A DNA stretch of 64,000 bases from Pseudomonadota bacterium (GCA_043823065.1 JBDRBB010000008.1:639-64638), one strand, 5' to 3'. Shown: positions 8,554 to 18,505, counted from the stretch's first letter. The notes: generated from the letters alone by a model not told the origin. Numbers and translations: made by a program.

Positions 8554-9687
8554 TTAGCCACCCATTCTAGAGACAGTTCTTAGAATTCTACCATAAGCAT
8601 CTAATGCACCCTTAGTTACACTGGTTAAGTTTTCCACAACCATGGCCATTTCTTCCATCATGTTTGAGATCAACTTCTGTGAAGTGGCAATTGAATCGGT
8701 TTCGCTTTTTACCAAGGTCATGGTTTTCATAAATTCATTACTGGAATTAGGATCACTGGCATCAGTTTGTTGATTCATGAGCATGTCAGTATATTTTCTA
8801 GAAGTATCTTGCAGCTCAATTAATTTTCTGCCCATATCAATTTGCTGTTTAGCTTTATCTTTAGAAATTACATAGGTGATAAATTTCATGAATTGATACA
8901 TAGCGCCCATGTCACCAGATTCTGCCATTTTGGCAAAATGGAAGAACATCATCATGAGCTGACGACCACGGCTGGTGGTTTGCAACACTGAATCATAAGA
9001 AGATAAAATGCTATCTTCCATGGCCATGCTTTGCATATAAGCGCTAGAATTAAAAGCTGGCATGCCAGTTTGCGCGCCCCAATTCATCGGAGGTGTAAAA
9101 CCAGCGCTGCGACCAGTTGTTTGGGCCCGAGGCTGTGAACCTTGGCTGCCACCAGTTGTCATGGCTGCAGTGTTGCGGCCATTTGCTCCGGGTTGTTCCA
9201 TTTCAGCGGCGCTGTAATATTCAGATGGTATGTCTACTCTATCTCCTCTAGAGACTTGCTGATTTAAAAACTCAGCTCTTTGAATTTGTTGCTGAAGCTG
9301 TTGTCTTAATTCTTGTAGCTGTTCTCTAATTTCTTGTTGTCTATTTTCTGGAGTGCTTGGATTATTTAGTTCAGTTTCTAATTGGCTTATTTGATTATTA
9401 ATAGAACTCATAGATCTGTTCAAAGATTGCAGCTCAGTTCTGGCAGCAGCAGGTTCTGGAGCTGAAGCAGCTTGGGCCATAGTTTGTTCTATGCGATTAA
9501 GAAACTGTTCCCAGGTTTCATTTTGCCCAATGGTAAATGTGGTTTCTCCGACTCTAACAGTAGTGCCAGAAAGATTTGTTGGTTCTGTAATTGCATCATC
9601 ACCAGTTCTAGAAGCAGCAACATCTTGATGATCAATTCTATTATCGCTATTTCTATCAGTTATGACAATTTCTCCTACACTAAACAT
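8554..9687 (-). CDS. Coiled-coil putative T3SS-secreted substrate
   Basis: AGGAGG SD; own sigma54 promoter and terminator; Q/E-rich coiled coil, low-complexity linker, Met-rich helical C-terminal domain; upstream of an LcrH-like chaperone. Confidence 0.65.
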   Translation of the reverse strand: MFSVGEIVITDRNSDNRIDHQDVAASRTGDDAITEPTNLSGTTVRVGETTFTIGQNETWEQFLNRIEQTMAQAASAPEPAAARTELQSLNRSMSSINNQISQLETELNNPSTPENRQQEIREQLQELRQQLQQQIQRAEFLNQQVSRGDRVDIPSEYYSAAEMEQPGANGRNTAAMTTGGSQGSQPRAQTTGRSAGFTPPMNWGAQTGMPAFNSSAYMQSMAMEDSILSSYDSVLQTTSRGRQLMMMFFHFAKMAESGDMGAMYQFMKFITYVISKDKAKQQIDMGRKLIELQDTSRKYTDMLMNQQTDASDPNSSNEFMKTMTLVKSETDSIATSQKLISNMMEEMAMVVENLTSVTKGALDAYGRILRTVSRMGG

Positions 9688-9725
9688 ATTATCCTCCTAA
9701 AAGGTTTATCTTCGCCTTAATACTA

Positions 9726-9741
9726 TGCAAGTGAGATGCCA
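9726..9741 (-). promoter_or_regulatory. Sigma54 -24/-12 promoter
   Basis: TGGCAT-CTCAC-TTGCA; IHF consensus AATCAAGATGTTA at 9790-9802. Confidence 0.8.
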
Positions 9742-9949
9742 AACTTAGGAGCAGAAGTCAGAATTTAGTATTTATAATAAAACAAGTAAAATCAAGATGT
9801 TAGACGCGATTAGGATTTTGCTCCGTCTGAAAAATTCAAGAAAATAAGACCTAAACTGGCCACTTTATAGGTCTCCTGAGGACCCTTCACCCCACCCAAA
9901 TTCCCCTTGGGGGTAAGGTCTTCAAAGCAGGCGCACTCAACCTGGTCAA

Positions 9950-10060
9950 CATATAGATGACCTAATTAAGCTTAAACAGCATGCTGGACGTGAGCGTGAT
10001 AATTTGGATATAAGAACTTTGAATAAAATTAGAGAAATTAAAAATGAAGAAAAAAGATGA
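9950..10060 (+). pseudogene. 3' remnant of a nucleotidyltransferase-family gene
   Basis: HIDDLIKLKQHAGRERDNLDIRTLNKI resembles the C-terminus of small NTase proteins; in-frame stop at 9914 and no start codon. Confidence 0.5.
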
Positions 10061-10223
10061 TCAAAAATGCGAAGAATATAATGTGGAAAATCTGAAAAAA
10101 TACATGCAACTATCTGCTACACAGAAACTGGAATATTTAGAAGAGCTGAACAAGTTTCTGGCTGCAGCCACTCCTTTCAAGAACAAGAAAGTCTGGGAAA
10201 AACTTAAAAAATTAGGATGGTAG
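10044..10223 (+). CDS. 59-aa small protein, probable partner of the NTase remnant
   Basis: MKKKDDQKCEEYNVENLKKYMQLSATQKLEYLEELNKFLAAATPFKNKKVWEKLKKLGW; overlaps the end of the remnant; below the ORF-track cutoff. Confidence 0.55.
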   Translation: MKKKDDQKCEEYNVENLKKYMQLSATQKLEYLEELNKFLAAATPFKNKKVWEKLKKLGW

Positions 10224-10236
10224 ATAGCACATTGTT

Positions 10237-11145
10237 TTAAGGTGTTACAACTTGTGGTGGGCCCATTTCTGGCTTTGGTAAGCCTTCTTCTGGGGCAGGC
10301 ATAGGTATAGTGGGAATTGGCACTTTATTTTCTAGAAAAAGCACTGCTTTATCTGCATTATTATTTGCTTTTTGAGAATATTCAATAATTTGATCGCAAA
10401 TTATCGTAATAGACAAAAAAACCATGATTATGCCTAAATAGCCTTTGACCGTAAAACCCATCATCCATACATCGATTTGAGGTGAAACTCGGTTGGCAAT
10501 ACCTAAAATAATATCAGCCAAGAATATGGCAATAATTACCGGCGCTGCTAGCTTAATGGAGATAACAATTACCTCACCGGTTATTTTCATGAAAAAATCT
10601 ATAAGGGCAAAGAGTCCAGGTCCGCTAGTGGGAAACTCTAAAATTGGCAAGGTGATAAAGCTGGTAAAAAAAGAGTTGAAGAAAATCAAATGTCCGCCCA
10701 CGGTTAAATAGAGCACCAAAGCTAGTTGAAACAAAAAATTTCCGCTAATAGAACCTTGTGAATCAAGTTGAGGAATCAAAATCCTGGCAATTGATACGCC
10801 GCGCTGATTATCAACCATCTGACCTGCTGATTCTATGCCATGAAACAGAATTCCTACAGCAAAACCTATTGCTAAACCGTAAAAAACTTCTTTCATATAT
10901 AAAACAATTAAAGCCAGCAGATTAAGTTCTAAAGGAGGTGGCGAATCTGGTACAATATTGACATGTACAAACACCGCCATGACCATGGTGGCGCCAACTA
11001 GCACATAGCGCGGTACTGGTTTTCCCAAAAGAAAGGGAATGGTTACTCCCATTGCCAAAACACGTACCCAGATTAAAGTGAGAAAAATAAAATTAAAGGA
11101 TACATCCAGATCTACGCCAATTTTGGTTAAGACATCTTGAAGCAT
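10237..11145 (-). CDS. sctT: T3SS export apparatus SctT (FliR family)
   Basis: Multi-TM; AGQMVDNQRG, GGHL, LGIANRVSPQIDV. Confidence 0.9.
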   Translation of the reverse strand: MLQDVLTKIGVDLDVSFNFIFLTLIWVRVLAMGVTIPFLLGKPVPRYVLVGATMVMAVFVHVNIVPDSPPPLELNLLALIVLYMKEVFYGLAIGFAVGILFHGIESAGQMVDNQRGVSIARILIPQLDSQGSISGNFLFQLALVLYLTVGGHLIFFNSFFTSFITLPILEFPTSGPGLFALIDFFMKITGEVIVISIKLAAPVIIAIFLADIILGIANRVSPQIDVWMMGFTVKGYLGIIMVFLSITIICDQIIEYSQKANNNADKAVLFLENKVPIPTIPMPAPEEGLPKPEMGPPQVVTP

Positions 11146-11148
11146 AGG

Positions 11149-11412
11149 CTAGTGTACATAGGTGGCAAACTGACCATATATAGACTGGGTAAAGGAAATT
11201 AACTGGGCTAGCATCCAAGGTCCAGTAATTGCCAACACCGTGATGACCCCAACCAGTTTAGGTACAAAGGTTAAAGTTTGTTCTTGCACCTGGGTTGTGG
11301 CTTGCAAAATGCTGATCATTAAACCTACTAAAAGCGCGGTTAATACTGGTGGCGCAGTTAAGATTAAAGATAAGAATAAAGTTTGTTTGGCTATAGCTAC
11401 AAAGTATTCCAT
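11149..11412 (-). CDS. sctS: T3SS export apparatus SctS (FliQ family)
   Basis: LQATTQVQEQTLTFVPKL. Confidence 0.95.
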   Translation of the reverse strand: MEYFVAIAKQTLFLSLILTAPPVLTALLVGLMISILQATTQVQEQTLTFVPKLVGVITVLAITGPWMLAQLISFTQSIYGQFATYVH

Positions 11413-11423
11413 AAGTTTCTTGC

Positions 11424-11490
11424 CACCCTTCGACTAGCTCAGGGTGAACGGTGTTCTTTTGTACCGTTCGTGGTGAGCTTGTCGAACCAT
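11424..11490. repeat. REP-like doublet (CTTCGACxAGCTCAG family) between sctR and sctS
   Basis: CACCCTTCGACTAGCTCAGGGTGAACGG...CCGTTCGTGGTGAGCTTGTCGAACCA. Confidence 0.8.
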
Positions 11491-11503
11491 AAACATTTAT
11501 TGA

Positions 11504-12271
11504 CTACACATATCCTAAGATCAATCCTCTGGCGATCATGTGCCAGCCGTCAACCAACACAAACAATAATAGTTTAAATGGTAAAGAAATAGTAATTGGT
11601 GAAATTTGAAACATACCCAATGATAATAAAATATTGGCAATTACCAAATCAATCACCAAAAATGGTAAAAATATAATAAAGCCAATTTGAAAGGCTTCAG
11701 TTAATTCACTAATCACAAAAGCAGGAATTAAATTTACAAAATCTGTATCAGTAATTTGATCGCGATCTTCTTCACTAGTGCGCAGCTTTAGGGCCAGGTT
11801 ATAAAATAAACTTCTTTCCTGAGGGTGTACGTGTTTTAAGAGAAAATTGCGTATTGGTTCTTGGCCTGCTTTAGCGCCTTTGGTTAAAATTTCAATAGAA
11901 GCTTGAGATAGCAAAGGTTGATTAGTGCCTTGGTTAATCACTGCCCCAGCATCACGGTAAACACTATAGCCAACAGGCACCATGATATAGATAGTTAAAA
12001 TCATGGCCAGACCGGTGATGATGGTATTTGGTGGAACTTGTTGCGTGCCCATGGCGTTTCTAATTAAGGCCAAGACCACAGCAATTTTCACAAAAGAAGT
12101 GGACATCATCACTACAAAAGGCACTAAAGATAGGGCAGCCAGCACAATTAGCAGTACCAAAGGTTTGGAAACACCAACCTTGGCAGTTTGAGCATAAGCC
12201 ACACTACTAATTAAGATTAAAAAAACAGAGATGCCAGCGCTGATCAACAGCTGTTTTTTACGCTTGGTCAT
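11504..12271 (-). CDS. sctR: T3SS export apparatus SctR (FliP family)
   Basis: TSFVKIAVVLALIRNAMGTQQVPPN, PAFVISEL, SLPFKLLLFVLVDGW. Confidence 0.95.
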   Translation of the reverse strand: MTKRKKQLLISAGISVFLILISSVAYAQTAKVGVSKPLVLLIVLAALSLVPFVVMMSTSFVKIAVVLALIRNAMGTQQVPPNTIITGLAMILTIYIMVPVGYSVYRDAGAVINQGTNQPLLSQASIEILTKGAKAGQEPIRNFLLKHVHPQERSLFYNLALKLRTSEEDRDQITDTDFVNLIPAFVISELTEAFQIGFIIFLPFLVIDLVIANILLSLGMFQISPITISLPFKLLLFVLVDGWHMIARGLILGYV

Positions 12272-12272
12272 G

Positions 12273-12617
12273 TTAGTTATGTCCCCCTGATTTTCCTTCA
12301 GCCTCTTGTTTGGAAATTTCAGTTAACATGTTTATACCATGATCTGCCACTCCTAGCACTAAATATCTTTGACCTATATTAACTAAATAAAGCGCTTTTT
12401 TAGGCTCCAATTGATAGCGACCCATAACTTTAAAATATTTACCTTTTTGAATGGGTTTTAAGAGGCCAAGTCTGGGAGCTGCATATTTCAAAAGTACAAC
12501 AGCCAGGGCACAAATAACAATTAAGAGCAGCAGCATCTTGATAAACAACCAGGTGAAATCCAGACCAGCACCAGGCGTTGCTGCCTGAGTTTGAATTGTG
12601 GAAATTAGAGAAAGCAT
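12273..12617 (-). CDS. FliO-like protein
   Basis: N-terminal TM, then LEPKKALYLVNIGQRYLVLGV; directly upstream of sctR. Confidence 0.8.
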   Translation of the reverse strand: MLSLISTIQTQAATPGAGLDFTWLFIKMLLLLIVICALAVVLLKYAAPRLGLLKPIQKGKYFKVMGRYQLEPKKALYLVNIGQRYLVLGVADHGINMLTEISKQEAEGKSGGHN

Positions 12618-12627
12618 GGTTTTACCT

Positions 12628-13098
12628 TTAACGCGTTAATTTAATAATTCTTACGCCTAGTTTGCCGTCGATATCAACCAGCTCTCCGCGGGCAAATAAT
12701 TTACCGCTAGCCACCAAGTCTACTGTTTCTCCTGGCGGACGACCTAAGTCAATGACCTGGCCCATTTGATAGTTCATTAAATCCTTTACAGAGATAGTAG
12801 TTTTGCCAATTACTGCCACCAGTTGTACTGGAATGTCAGATGACATGGCCAAAACTTCCTCAGAAAAGTTTTGGTTTTTCTTTGCTTTTGTTTCAAATTC
12901 TTCTTCAGACAAGAGATCATCTTCAAAAACTTGTTCTGCAGGTTCTGTATGCTCTGGGCTGGTTGGCAGCTCATCTGTAATAGAATCGTCTCTTGGAGCA
13001 TTTTTTTTAACTTCTGTTGGTTCTTCAAAATCCTCAAAAAGATCTATGTCTTCGTGAAATTCCTCTTCAGGAATATTTTTTTTCTTATCTTTTACCAT
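12628..13098 (-). CDS. FliN/SctQ-C SpoA-domain protein
   Basis: DIPVQLVAVIG...GQVIDL...ARGELVDIDGKLGVRI; acidic N-terminus. Confidence 0.9.
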   Translation of the reverse strand: MVKDKKKNIPEEEFHEDIDLFEDFEEPTEVKKNAPRDDSITDELPTSPEHTEPAEQVFEDDLLSEEEFETKAKKNQNFSEEVLAMSSDIPVQLVAVIGKTTISVKDLMNYQMGQVIDLGRPPGETVDLVASGKLFARGELVDIDGKLGVRIIKLTR

Positions 13099-13107
13099 AG
13101 GTTCTCC

Positions 13108-14043
13108 TTATAGGATGTCTTCGCCCTTATAAACATCCACAATTTCACAATGTACTTGTTTAGAATCTGTTTTGATCTTAGAAATAAAGCCGCCGTGTTT
13201 GCCATTGCCAGCGCGCAACACTATGTTTCCAGATAACTTATTATTTTGCAGTTTAAGTTCTGTTTTATCAAAAAGAATTACATCACCTGGTTCTAAATTT
13301 TTTATCTCACCGGCTAAAATAGTGGTATTGCCAGCTTCAGCCCATAAAGACATTTTGATATGGTCAAAATCTATTAGCTGACCAAGTAAATAATCTTTTT
13401 CAATTTGATGTGCTTCAGTTTTGGCTCCTACATTTAGATAGAGTTGTTCAATTAAAGGTGAGGGTAGGGCCAAACGTATAAAACCATCATATTTGCCAAT
13501 TGTGATTTTTATGGTCAGGATGAAAAGTAGATTTTGAGCTGGCAAAACATCTTTTAATTCCATTGGAGTGGTGATGAATTTTTCAAATTTAAAATGGACG
13601 CGCGAATCTTTGCCACAGAGACGATAGATATGAGATAGAACCTGCAAACAAAGATATTGCAGCACACCTTGCTCAATATCTGAGAGTTGTTTGGGCAGAG
13701 GAAATTCAGATTTGTCCTCGCCCAAAAGCCGACTAATAAAAAAAGCAGCCAAGCTAGGATCTATTTCCAGAATTACTTTGCTGGTGCGCGGTGGCATTCC
13801 CAGCACAATTACCGAAGATAGATCTGGCAGCTTGTGCACAAAATCATCAAATTTTTCTTGGGAAATGGTTTCCAGATGATGTGAGACTTTAATTCCTAAA
13901 TGTTTGCTTAAGGCATTGGTTATGGCTTGGTTAAAAGTATTGCGCAAGCCTGTGCGTGGCAGAAAGTCAAACAAGGCTTCTAGGATTTGCTGTTGTCTGG
14001 GATCAACTTTTTCTAATTTGAAGTGAAATGGTTTAATTTTCAT
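13108..14043 (-). CDS. sctQ: FliM-like/SctQ sorting-platform protein
   Basis: FliM-like middle domain (LSDIEQGVL) and C-terminal SpoA (LEPGDVI). Confidence 0.7.
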   Translation of the reverse strand: MKIKPFHFKLEKVDPRQQQILEALFDFLPRTGLRNTFNQAITNALSKHLGIKVSHHLETISQEKFDDFVHKLPDLSSVIVLGMPPRTSKVILEIDPSLAAFFISRLLGEDKSEFPLPKQLSDIEQGVLQYLCLQVLSHIYRLCGKDSRVHFKFEKFITTPMELKDVLPAQNLLFILTIKITIGKYDGFIRLALPSPLIEQLYLNVGAKTEAHQIEKDYLLGQLIDFDHIKMSLWAEAGNTTILAGEIKNLEPGDVILFDKTELKLQNNKLSGNIVLRAGNGKHGGFISKIKTDSKQVHCEIVDVYKGEDIL

Positions 14044-14058
14044 CTGAGAGCTAATCTA

Positions 14059-14829
14059 TCAAGTTATACGAATATCTTCAACTACAATACCTCTTTTCTC
14101 TAAGGCTGCTCGAATTTCAGCTGAATTATTTTCAAAAGTGGCCCGATCTTTGGCGTCTGCAGTAATAAATTCGACTGTTACCCGTCCATTTTTAGAGGTA
14201 ACCTTAAATTTCAAGCCTTTAAAGAATTTTTCTTTAAGTTTAAGTTCAATTTCTTTTTCTTCAGCAGTTAAGCTGATGCGCACTTGAGCAACCATTTGAT
14301 TAAGCACAGATTGGGTGAATTGAGGGTGCCCAGTTAAGCTGGCGATCTGGCTTTTAAGTTTTTGGGCAAATTTGCCTTGGAGCACAGATGCGGTAAAAGT
14401 GGATGTTCCTTTTTGTTTGGTTAACTTGGCGCCACGTCGGCTTTGGCTAAATCCGTAACCTGTTTGTCCTTGTCCACTACTTTGACCTTGTTTGGATTTT
14501 CCTTTGCCCATTACTCTTTGGTCTAATAAACCAGAGCTGGTTTCTTTGCCTTCAGCATCTTTTTGACCCCGCTGATCTTTGTCTTTGCTGTCTCTTTTCT
14601 GGTCATCTTGTTTCCGCTCATCATGTTTTCCGCCTTCTTTGACAGCTTGTTCTGTTAAAGTGTTTCGCCCGGTATTTTGTTGCATGATGGGGTTTTTTTG
14701 CGTGGTCTGACTTCTTTCCAAGACCTGATCGAATTTACTTTTTTCTTCCTTGGGCTGATCTTTAGCTTTGGGTTTTTGTGGCAATTGTTCTTGTTTGGCT
14801 TGTTCTGCCCTGGATATTTCTTTTGTCAT
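14059..14829 (-). CDS. FliK/SctP-like length-control (ruler) protein
   Basis: Disordered N-terminus plus C-terminal T3S4/FliK-like domain; position after sctO. Confidence 0.7.
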   Translation of the reverse strand: MTKEISRAEQAKQEQLPQKPKAKDQPKEEKSKFDQVLERSQTTQKNPIMQQNTGRNTLTEQAVKEGGKHDERKQDDQKRDSKDKDQRGQKDAEGKETSSGLLDQRVMGKGKSKQGQSSGQGQTGYGFSQSRRGAKLTKQKGTSTFTASVLQGKFAQKLKSQIASLTGHPQFTQSVLNQMVAQVRISLTAEEKEIELKLKEKFFKGLKFKVTSKNGRVTVEFITADAKDRATFENNSAEIRAALEKRGIVVEDIRIT

Positions 14830-15344
14830 TAAATTTCTCCAATGCTCTTTTCACCGCGCATCTTGCGAATTTGGTGAATAGTGCTGCCCAACTCGTCCAT
14901 TTCTTTTTCTTCGCGTCTGGAAATTTCTGCCTTAACCTTTTTTTGCCAGAGCTCTTTGTGTTTTGACATTACCTTTAGTTCTTTACAAGCATCAATATAT
15001 TCGCGCCTGGCTGATTTTACTTTATCTTCAGCCTCTTTAACGACTTCTTTTTGATCTTCAATTTCTTCTTCTTTTTCTGCTTCGTCTTCTTTGAGTTTTC
15101 GCAAGTAATTAAGATGAACATTGCCTTTGCCAACAACTGCGCCATCCGCCATTTTTTGTTTCATATCAGAGCGGGCTTTTTCCCATTTCTCAACAATTTC
15201 TTTTTTTTCCTCTTTTAATTTATCAAGTTTTTCTTTGGCTTTTTCCAGACTTTTTATAGCCACAGCCAATAGAGCTTCCGCTCTTTTTTTAAGCCGCTGC
15301 TTAATATTTAAAAGAGCCTGTAGTCTGTATTTTTGCTTAGCCAT
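14829..15344 (-). CDS. sctO: SctO/FliJ stalk protein
   Basis: YRLQALL start, long coiled coil, EEKEMDE end; directly after the ATPase. Confidence 0.8.
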   Translation of the reverse strand: MAKQKYRLQALLNIKQRLKKRAEALLAVAIKSLEKAKEKLDKLKEEKKEIVEKWEKARSDMKQKMADGAVVGKGNVHLNYLRKLKEDEAEKEEEIEDQKEVVKEAEDKVKSARREYIDACKELKVMSKHKELWQKKVKAEISRREEKEMDELGSTIHQIRKMRGEKSIGEI

Positions 15345-15346
15345 TT

Positions 15347-16729
15347 TTATTCAAAGATTTCTTTAAGCATTGCTACAGCTTCTTCCAAGGTGTAATTATC
15401 AAAAACATCCTGCTTTAAGAAATTATTAACCTCGTCAATTTTTTCAATGGCATAATCTACTTTAGGATCACTACCTTCTTCATAAGCGCCGATTAAGATC
15501 AAATCTCTTTCTTTTTCATAATTAGCCACAACTTCGCGCAGTTTTTGCGCAGCTTGGCGATGGTCATCATCTATAATAGAATCCATAACCCGGCTGATGC
15601 TTTCTGATACATCAATGGCTGGATATTGGCCGCGAGCTGCCAAATCGCGAGACAGAATAATGTGACCATCCAAGATAGATCTGGTTTCATCAGCCACAGG
15701 TTCATTCATATCATCACCAGCCACCAAAACAGTGTAGAAAGCGGTAATTGAACCTTTATCTGAATTTCCAGATCTTTCCAGCAAGCGAGGTAAAGTGGAA
15801 AACACAGATGGCGTATAACCTTGTCTAGCTGGTGGTTCGCCAACAGCCAATCCCACTTCGCGCAAAGCTCTGGCAAACCTGGTGATGGAATCCATCATTA
15901 ACATTACTTTTTTTCCTTTGTCGCGAAAATACTCAGCAATGGCTGTAGCCACATAGGCGGCTTTTAATCTAACCAAAGAAGGCTGATCAGAAGTGGAAAC
16001 AATAACCACTGAACGTTTCAGGCCTTCTGCACCCAAAGCTTGTTCTAAAAAATCTCTGACTTCGCGTCCTCTTTCCCCAACCAGGCAAATGACATTAATA
16101 TCTGCCTCAGTGTTGCGCGCAATCATGCCGATCATGGTGGATTTGCCCACACCTGCAGCAGCAAAAAAACCAATGCGTTGGCCTTCGCCCACAGTGAGCA
16201 TGGAATCTATGGCTTTAATGCCAATGGAAATTGGTTTAGTCACTCTTCTGCGGTGCAAGGCAGGTGGGGGATCTGCGGTAACTGGATATTCTTCAGAAAA
16301 TAGTAAAGGTCCTTTTTCTTTTTCATCTAAGGGATCGCCCAGCCCGTCTAAAATTCTGCCTAAAAGTTGATCGCCAACACGAACTGTTAAGGTGTGTCCG
16401 CTTGGAATAACATCATTGCCTAGCCCAATGCCTTCTAGATTTCCCAAAGGCATGAGCAATACTTCTTGATCACGAAAGCCCACAACTTCGGCTTTAATTG
16501 GCGTGCGGCTATGATAAGGCACAATAAAGCAAAGCTCGCCCATGCGCACGCCAGGCACTACTGCGCGTACCACGATGCCGGTTAATTCCGTGACTTTGCC
16601 TTTGATGCTGTAGGTGGAAACAGCAGATAATAAGTGATGATACTTATGAAAATCCACTTGTGGTAATTCAGTATGGGGTATTTTGTCATTTTTCTTTGTT
16701 GTCATGTGTTGCTCGAAGTCTATGGTCAT
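15347..16729 (-). CDS. sctN: T3SS ATPase SctN
   Basis: AAAGVGKS Walker A, GERGREV, MMDSITRFARA, GEPP, LDGHIILSR. Confidence 0.97.
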   Translation of the reverse strand: MTIDFEQHMTTKKNDKIPHTELPQVDFHKYHHLLSAVSTYSIKGKVTELTGIVVRAVVPGVRMGELCFIVPYHSRTPIKAEVVGFRDQEVLLMPLGNLEGIGLGNDVIPSGHTLTVRVGDQLLGRILDGLGDPLDEKEKGPLLFSEEYPVTADPPPALHRRRVTKPISIGIKAIDSMLTVGEGQRIGFFAAAGVGKSTMIGMIARNTEADINVICLVGERGREVRDFLEQALGAEGLKRSVVIVSTSDQPSLVRLKAAYVATAIAEYFRDKGKKVMLMMDSITRFARALREVGLAVGEPPARQGYTPSVFSTLPRLLERSGNSDKGSITAFYTVLVAGDDMNEPVADETRSILDGHIILSRDLAARGQYPAIDVSESISRVMDSIIDDDHRQAAQKLREVVANYEKERDLILIGAYEEGSDPKVDYAIEKIDEVNNFLKQDVFDNYTLEEAVAMLKEIFE

Positions 16730-16732
16730 TAA

Positions 16733-17419
16733 TTAAATTTCCAATGCTTTCTTAATCGCTTCCAATTGCGTTTCAATCTGCGCGTCAATTGTGCCTACTT
16801 CGGTTTCCACCACACAGCCACCTTTGGCAATTGTATCATCTTCTTTTAGGTGCAGTCTTTTAGTGCGGTCTAAAATATCGCGAAACTCAAAATTGCTTTC
16901 TTGAATGGTTTTATAATCTTCTGGATTAAGTTTAATAGTGATGCGATCACCCAAAGATCTTTCCAAGGCTTGTTTGACCACATTCATAATTACCTCGGGT
17001 TTTTCAATAACAATTTGGCCAATAACCTTTTCTGCAATGGCTGTAGCTAATTTGATTAGTTCTGGTTCAGCTTGCGCGTAGAATTTTTCGCGAATAGCTT
17101 CCAGTTGAACCAATTTTTCCGTAACCTCGGCCAAGCCTTGCTGCTGGCCTTTTTCAAATCCATCTTTTATGGCTTTTTCCCGCACAGCTTCCACTTCAGC
17201 GAGTATCTTTTTTGCTTGAGTTCGAATTTTATCAGCTTCAGCTTCTGCCTGAAGAATCATTTTTTCTGCTTTGTCTTTAGCAACCATGGTGCGTTTATCT
17301 AAAACACCACCTTCTTCTAAATCTATATCAATGGTTTTATGTTTAGGGATTTGGTCGACTTCTTTTTGCAGGCCGGTTTTTTTATCAAGCTCGGATTTTT
17401 TAAGTACTTTGGCAGTCAT
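16733..17419 (-). CDS. sctL: SctL/FliH stator protein
   Basis: GFEKGQQQG repeats, GGCVVETEVGTIDA; SD before ATG 17419. Confidence 0.9.
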   Translation of the reverse strand: MTAKVLKKSELDKKTGLQKEVDQIPKHKTIDIDLEEGGVLDKRTMVAKDKAEKMILQAEAEADKIRTQAKKILAEVEAVREKAIKDGFEKGQQQGLAEVTEKLVQLEAIREKFYAQAEPELIKLATAIAEKVIGQIVIEKPEVIMNVVKQALERSLGDRITIKLNPEDYKTIQESNFEFRDILDRTKRLHLKEDDTIAKGGCVVETEVGTIDAQIETQLEAIKKALEI

Positions 17420-17488
17420 AATAGATCCTTTCAGTATCAAACGCCGTGTTATCTTCTAAATCATAACATACACTGGCGCTTCTGCCAA

Positions 17489-18481
17489 CTATGCATCTGC
17501 TTTGAAGAAATTGCACCAAGATTGGTCGATTTGGTTTTCTTGGGCTAGACTAGCCACCCTGGAAATTATCAGAGTTTGTCTTTCTTCTGATATCTCACGG
17601 GTGTTTTTGGAGGTTCTTTCCACCAGATTACGTTTAAGAAGATAACTGGTTTGGGGGGCTAATTTTACTTCCAGCTGACGCATTAGATTGCGTTGATCTG
17701 GCATTACAGCTCTGGCATAAGCAGCCAGACCAATTTCCAAAAGAAACTGATCTGCCCCAACTTTTTTTTCTTCTACTTCTAATACCGTAAATTTAGACTG
17801 TCTTTTTAATCCTTCAGAAACATTAGAAAGCGCTTTAATGCGATTTTTCAACTCGTTAGACTCTTTGACCGGCAAGCGGTTCAATAAAAAGCTTAAGGAT
17901 TTTTCTGGTAAATCATGAAAAGCCAAGGCCAATTCCTGCAAGCCAAGATCCTTGAAAAAGATATCTAGCTCTTCGCTGCGTAAATAATAAAGATGCTCAA
18001 AACCAAGATGCTTTATGGAACGAGAAAGTCGTAAGGTGGTAAATTTGCTTTCAAAGAGTTTTTTAATTACTTCTAAAACAGGTTGAGGCACATAAAAAGC
18101 TTCTACAACATTGGGAATGGCATATCTAATAGTAGGTGGTAAGTGTTCTAAAATATAGCGTACATGACGGGAAGGTAGATAGCGCAAGATAATGCCAATG
18201 ATGCGAGGGGGCTCATTTTTTAATTCTTCTAAGACCCAGGCTGGATGGATTTCACCCAAGCCGCTCCATTGTTCAGAGGCGATTAATGAGCTGGTTTGTT
18301 CTTGGAGCTTGGTTTCACGCTCTTCAATATCAATTTCCAGATAAGCAGCTATTTCAGCTTGGCAGATTTCTTTATCTTCAGGGTTTAGGAAATCTAAAAG
18401 ATCTGTAGCTTTTTCACCATCTTCCAAAACTGCCAAGGTAGCGAGCATGCGTTGTCTATTGTTTGCGTTCTTTTCCAGCAT
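17489..18481 (-). CDS. SctK/FliG-like protein
   Basis: IHPAW motif and EPPRIIGIILRYLP FliG-like helices; positional equivalent of sctK. Confidence 0.6.
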   Translation of the reverse strand: MLEKNANNRQRMLATLAVLEDGEKATDLLDFLNPEDKEICQAEIAAYLEIDIEERETKLQEQTSSLIASEQWSGLGEIHPAWVLEELKNEPPRIIGIILRYLPSRHVRYILEHLPPTIRYAIPNVVEAFYVPQPVLEVIKKLFESKFTTLRLSRSIKHLGFEHLYYLRSEELDIFFKDLGLQELALAFHDLPEKSLSFLLNRLPVKESNELKNRIKALSNVSEGLKRQSKFTVLEVEEKKVGADQFLLEIGLAAYARAVMPDQRNLMRQLEVKLAPQTSYLLKRNLVERTSKNTREISEERQTLIISRVASLAQENQIDQSWCNFFKADA

Positions 18482-18505
18482 AGTTTACCTGTTCCCCCGC
18501 CATTT

